This document shows, one piece after another, positions 62,220 through 64,000 of a stretch of DNA of 64,000 bases. Both the position numbers and the translations under genes were made by a program. Under the pieces are notes generated by a model. The model worked only from the letters and a program-made list of their open reading frames with translations. It did no database searches and was not told the DNA's origin. Origin of the DNA: Takakia lepidozioides (taxonomy: Eukaryota; Plantae; Bryophyta); contig CM060731.1 of assembly GCA_030704615.1 (NCBI GenBank), positions 7,378,001-7,442,000 of the forward strand, written 5' to 3'. How positions within the stretch are numbered: position 1 is the stretch's first letter; the number at the start of each line of letters is the position of its first letter.

Positions 62220-63735
62220 CAAGGCATTTCCGTCCCAGCGTCTGATGAGTTGGAGCGAAAATGCGAATGCGGCGCCGCATTTCCGTTAAGTACCATCACG
62301 AAGCTACACATCCGTACTTGTTGGAAGAAAATGCGGCACCGCATTTCCGTTCCACCTTCACATACCTTAGTTGTTGAACGGAAATACGGTGCCGCATTTC
62401 CGTCCCACAGCTCCATGTATGAGATTCAAAAGGGAAATGCGGCGCCGCATTTCCGTTCTGGAATGTCGAAAGGTGCGATTCGGACGGGAATGAGGCACAA
62501 CATTTCAGTTCCCGTGGTTCATGATTTTCAATGTGAACGGAAATGCGGTACCGCATTTCCGTTCCCCCTTCACATACGTTAGTTGATGAATGGAAATGCC
62601 GTGCCACATTTCCGTTCGGGAAAGTATAGAGGTCTCACCTGGACAGAAATGCGGTGCCGCATTTCCGGTCTGGAAAGTTTGAAGGTCTCACATGGATGGA
62701 AATGCGGCAACACATTTCCGTAGCACAGCTCCAGGCCCCATATACAAAACGGAAATGCGGCGCCGCATTTCCGTTCTAGAATGTCGGAAGGTGCGACTCG
62801 GACGGAAATGCGGTGCCGCATTTCTGTTCCCGTTGCGCACGATTTTCAGTCAGAACGGAAATGCGGTACCGCATTTCCGTTCTGTAGAGTATTAACGTCT
62901 GACGCTGGCGGAAATGATGTGCCGCATTTTCGTTCCACAGCTCCATGCCTCACATACAAAACGGAAATGCGGCGCCGCATTTCCGTTTTGGAATGTCGGA
63001 AGGTGCGACTCCGACGGAAATGCGGTACCGCATTTCAGTTCCGATGTTTCAGGATATTTCATCAGAACGGAAATGCGGTGCCGCATTTCCGTTCTGGAAT
63101 GTTGGGAGGTGCGACTCGGATGGAAATGCGCTGCCGCATTTCAGTTCCGATGGTTCACGATTTTCAGTCAGAACGGAAATGCGGTACCGCATTTCCGTTC
63201 TGGATAGTATGAATGTCTCAAGCGGTCGGAATTGCGCTGTATGAAGCGGTCGGAATCGCACTCGGCTCCATGCATCAGATACAAAATGGAAATGCGGCGC
63301 CGCATTTCCGTTCTAGAATGTCGGAAAGTGCGACTCGGACAGAAATGCGGTACCGCATTTCCGTTATGGAGAGTATGAATGTCTTTTAAGGACGGAAATG
63401 TGCTGCAGCATTTCTATCCCTCAGCTCCATGCATCAGATACAAAATGGAAATGCGGCGCCGCATTTCCGTTCTGGAATGTCGAAAAGTGCGACTCGGACG
63501 GAAATGCGGTGCCGCATTTCTGTTCCCGTTGTTCATAATTCTCAATCAGAACGGAAATGCGGTACCGCATTTCCGTTCCACCTTCACATACCGTGCTTGC
63601 TGGATGGAAATGCGTTACCGCATTTCCGTTCTGGAGAGTATAAAGGTTTCCCCCGGACGGAAACTCGGTGCCGCATTTCCGTCGCTCTGGTGCATGACCA
63701 AGAAGCAAACGGAAATGCGGCGCCGTATTTCCGTC
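62220..63735. repeat. 53-bp-period palindrome array, copy 2
   Basis: Reverse complement of 33388-34812, with better-preserved units. Confidence 0.96.
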
Positions 63736-64000
63736 CACCAGCAATCGAAAGAATCACTCGGGACGGGAAATCTGGAACCTGAATGGGTTGCATTGTTCCG
63801 AAACAACATTGCGGCCAGTCTTGATGAGCACAACTTGGTTGTCTGACCGTTTTAACTAACAGTCCTGGCACTTGTCAGTGCGAACGTTCCTGTCTGCACC
63901 GAGAATACTGCTGGATCCACCCTCAGGAGAAACTGTCAGGAGATGTTATTTCGTCGCCGAATCGGCCATCATTGTCATACTTACTGGCTATGGAATCAAA

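Larger units (their letters stand above)
53364..64000. mobile_element. MULE copy 2, inverted, from the right TIR running off the window
   Basis: 54778-64000 is the reverse complement of ~42137-33128. 53364-54777 supplies the right end missing from copy 1. TSD copy GTAGGAGG at 53356-53363. Confidence 0.92.

Overview
Eukaryotic nuclear DNA, most likely a non-seed plant or streptophyte alga (inference from a plant-type spliced MED10 gene, TTTAGGG repeats and plant-type transposons). There is one ordinary host gene, the 5-exon Mediator subunit MED10 (9911-13131). The rest is nested transposon sequence: Ty3/gypsy remnants, a dead PIF/Harbinger, a LINE scrap and TTAA-flanked MITE-like pieces. The centrepiece is a ~15 kb Mutator (MULE)-type DNA transposon with short TIRs and an 8-bp TSD (CCTCCTAC), present as two inverted copies (28530-42137 and 53364->64000). 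It encodes (i) a GCM-like/MULE-DDE/SWIM transposase, (ii) a large spliced protein joining a ParB/Srx-like domain (DGNHR) to a beta-class N4/N6 amino-methyltransferase-like domain, and (iii) a head-to-head pair of ~190-aa paralogous orphan genes. It is studded with a 22-bp palindrome (GGAAATGCGGYRCCGCATTTCC), phased every 53 bp in an intergenic array and also present inside introns. Between the two copies lie pieces of a Ty3/gypsy element whose pol carries a C5 DNA methyltransferase between protease and RT, plus a 4.44-kb tandem unit whose junction is the reciprocal of a deletion in MULE copy 1. Frequent single-base indels between copies suggest imperfect long-read consensus, so many frameshifts may not be real. 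All domain calls are by eye; no database search was run.
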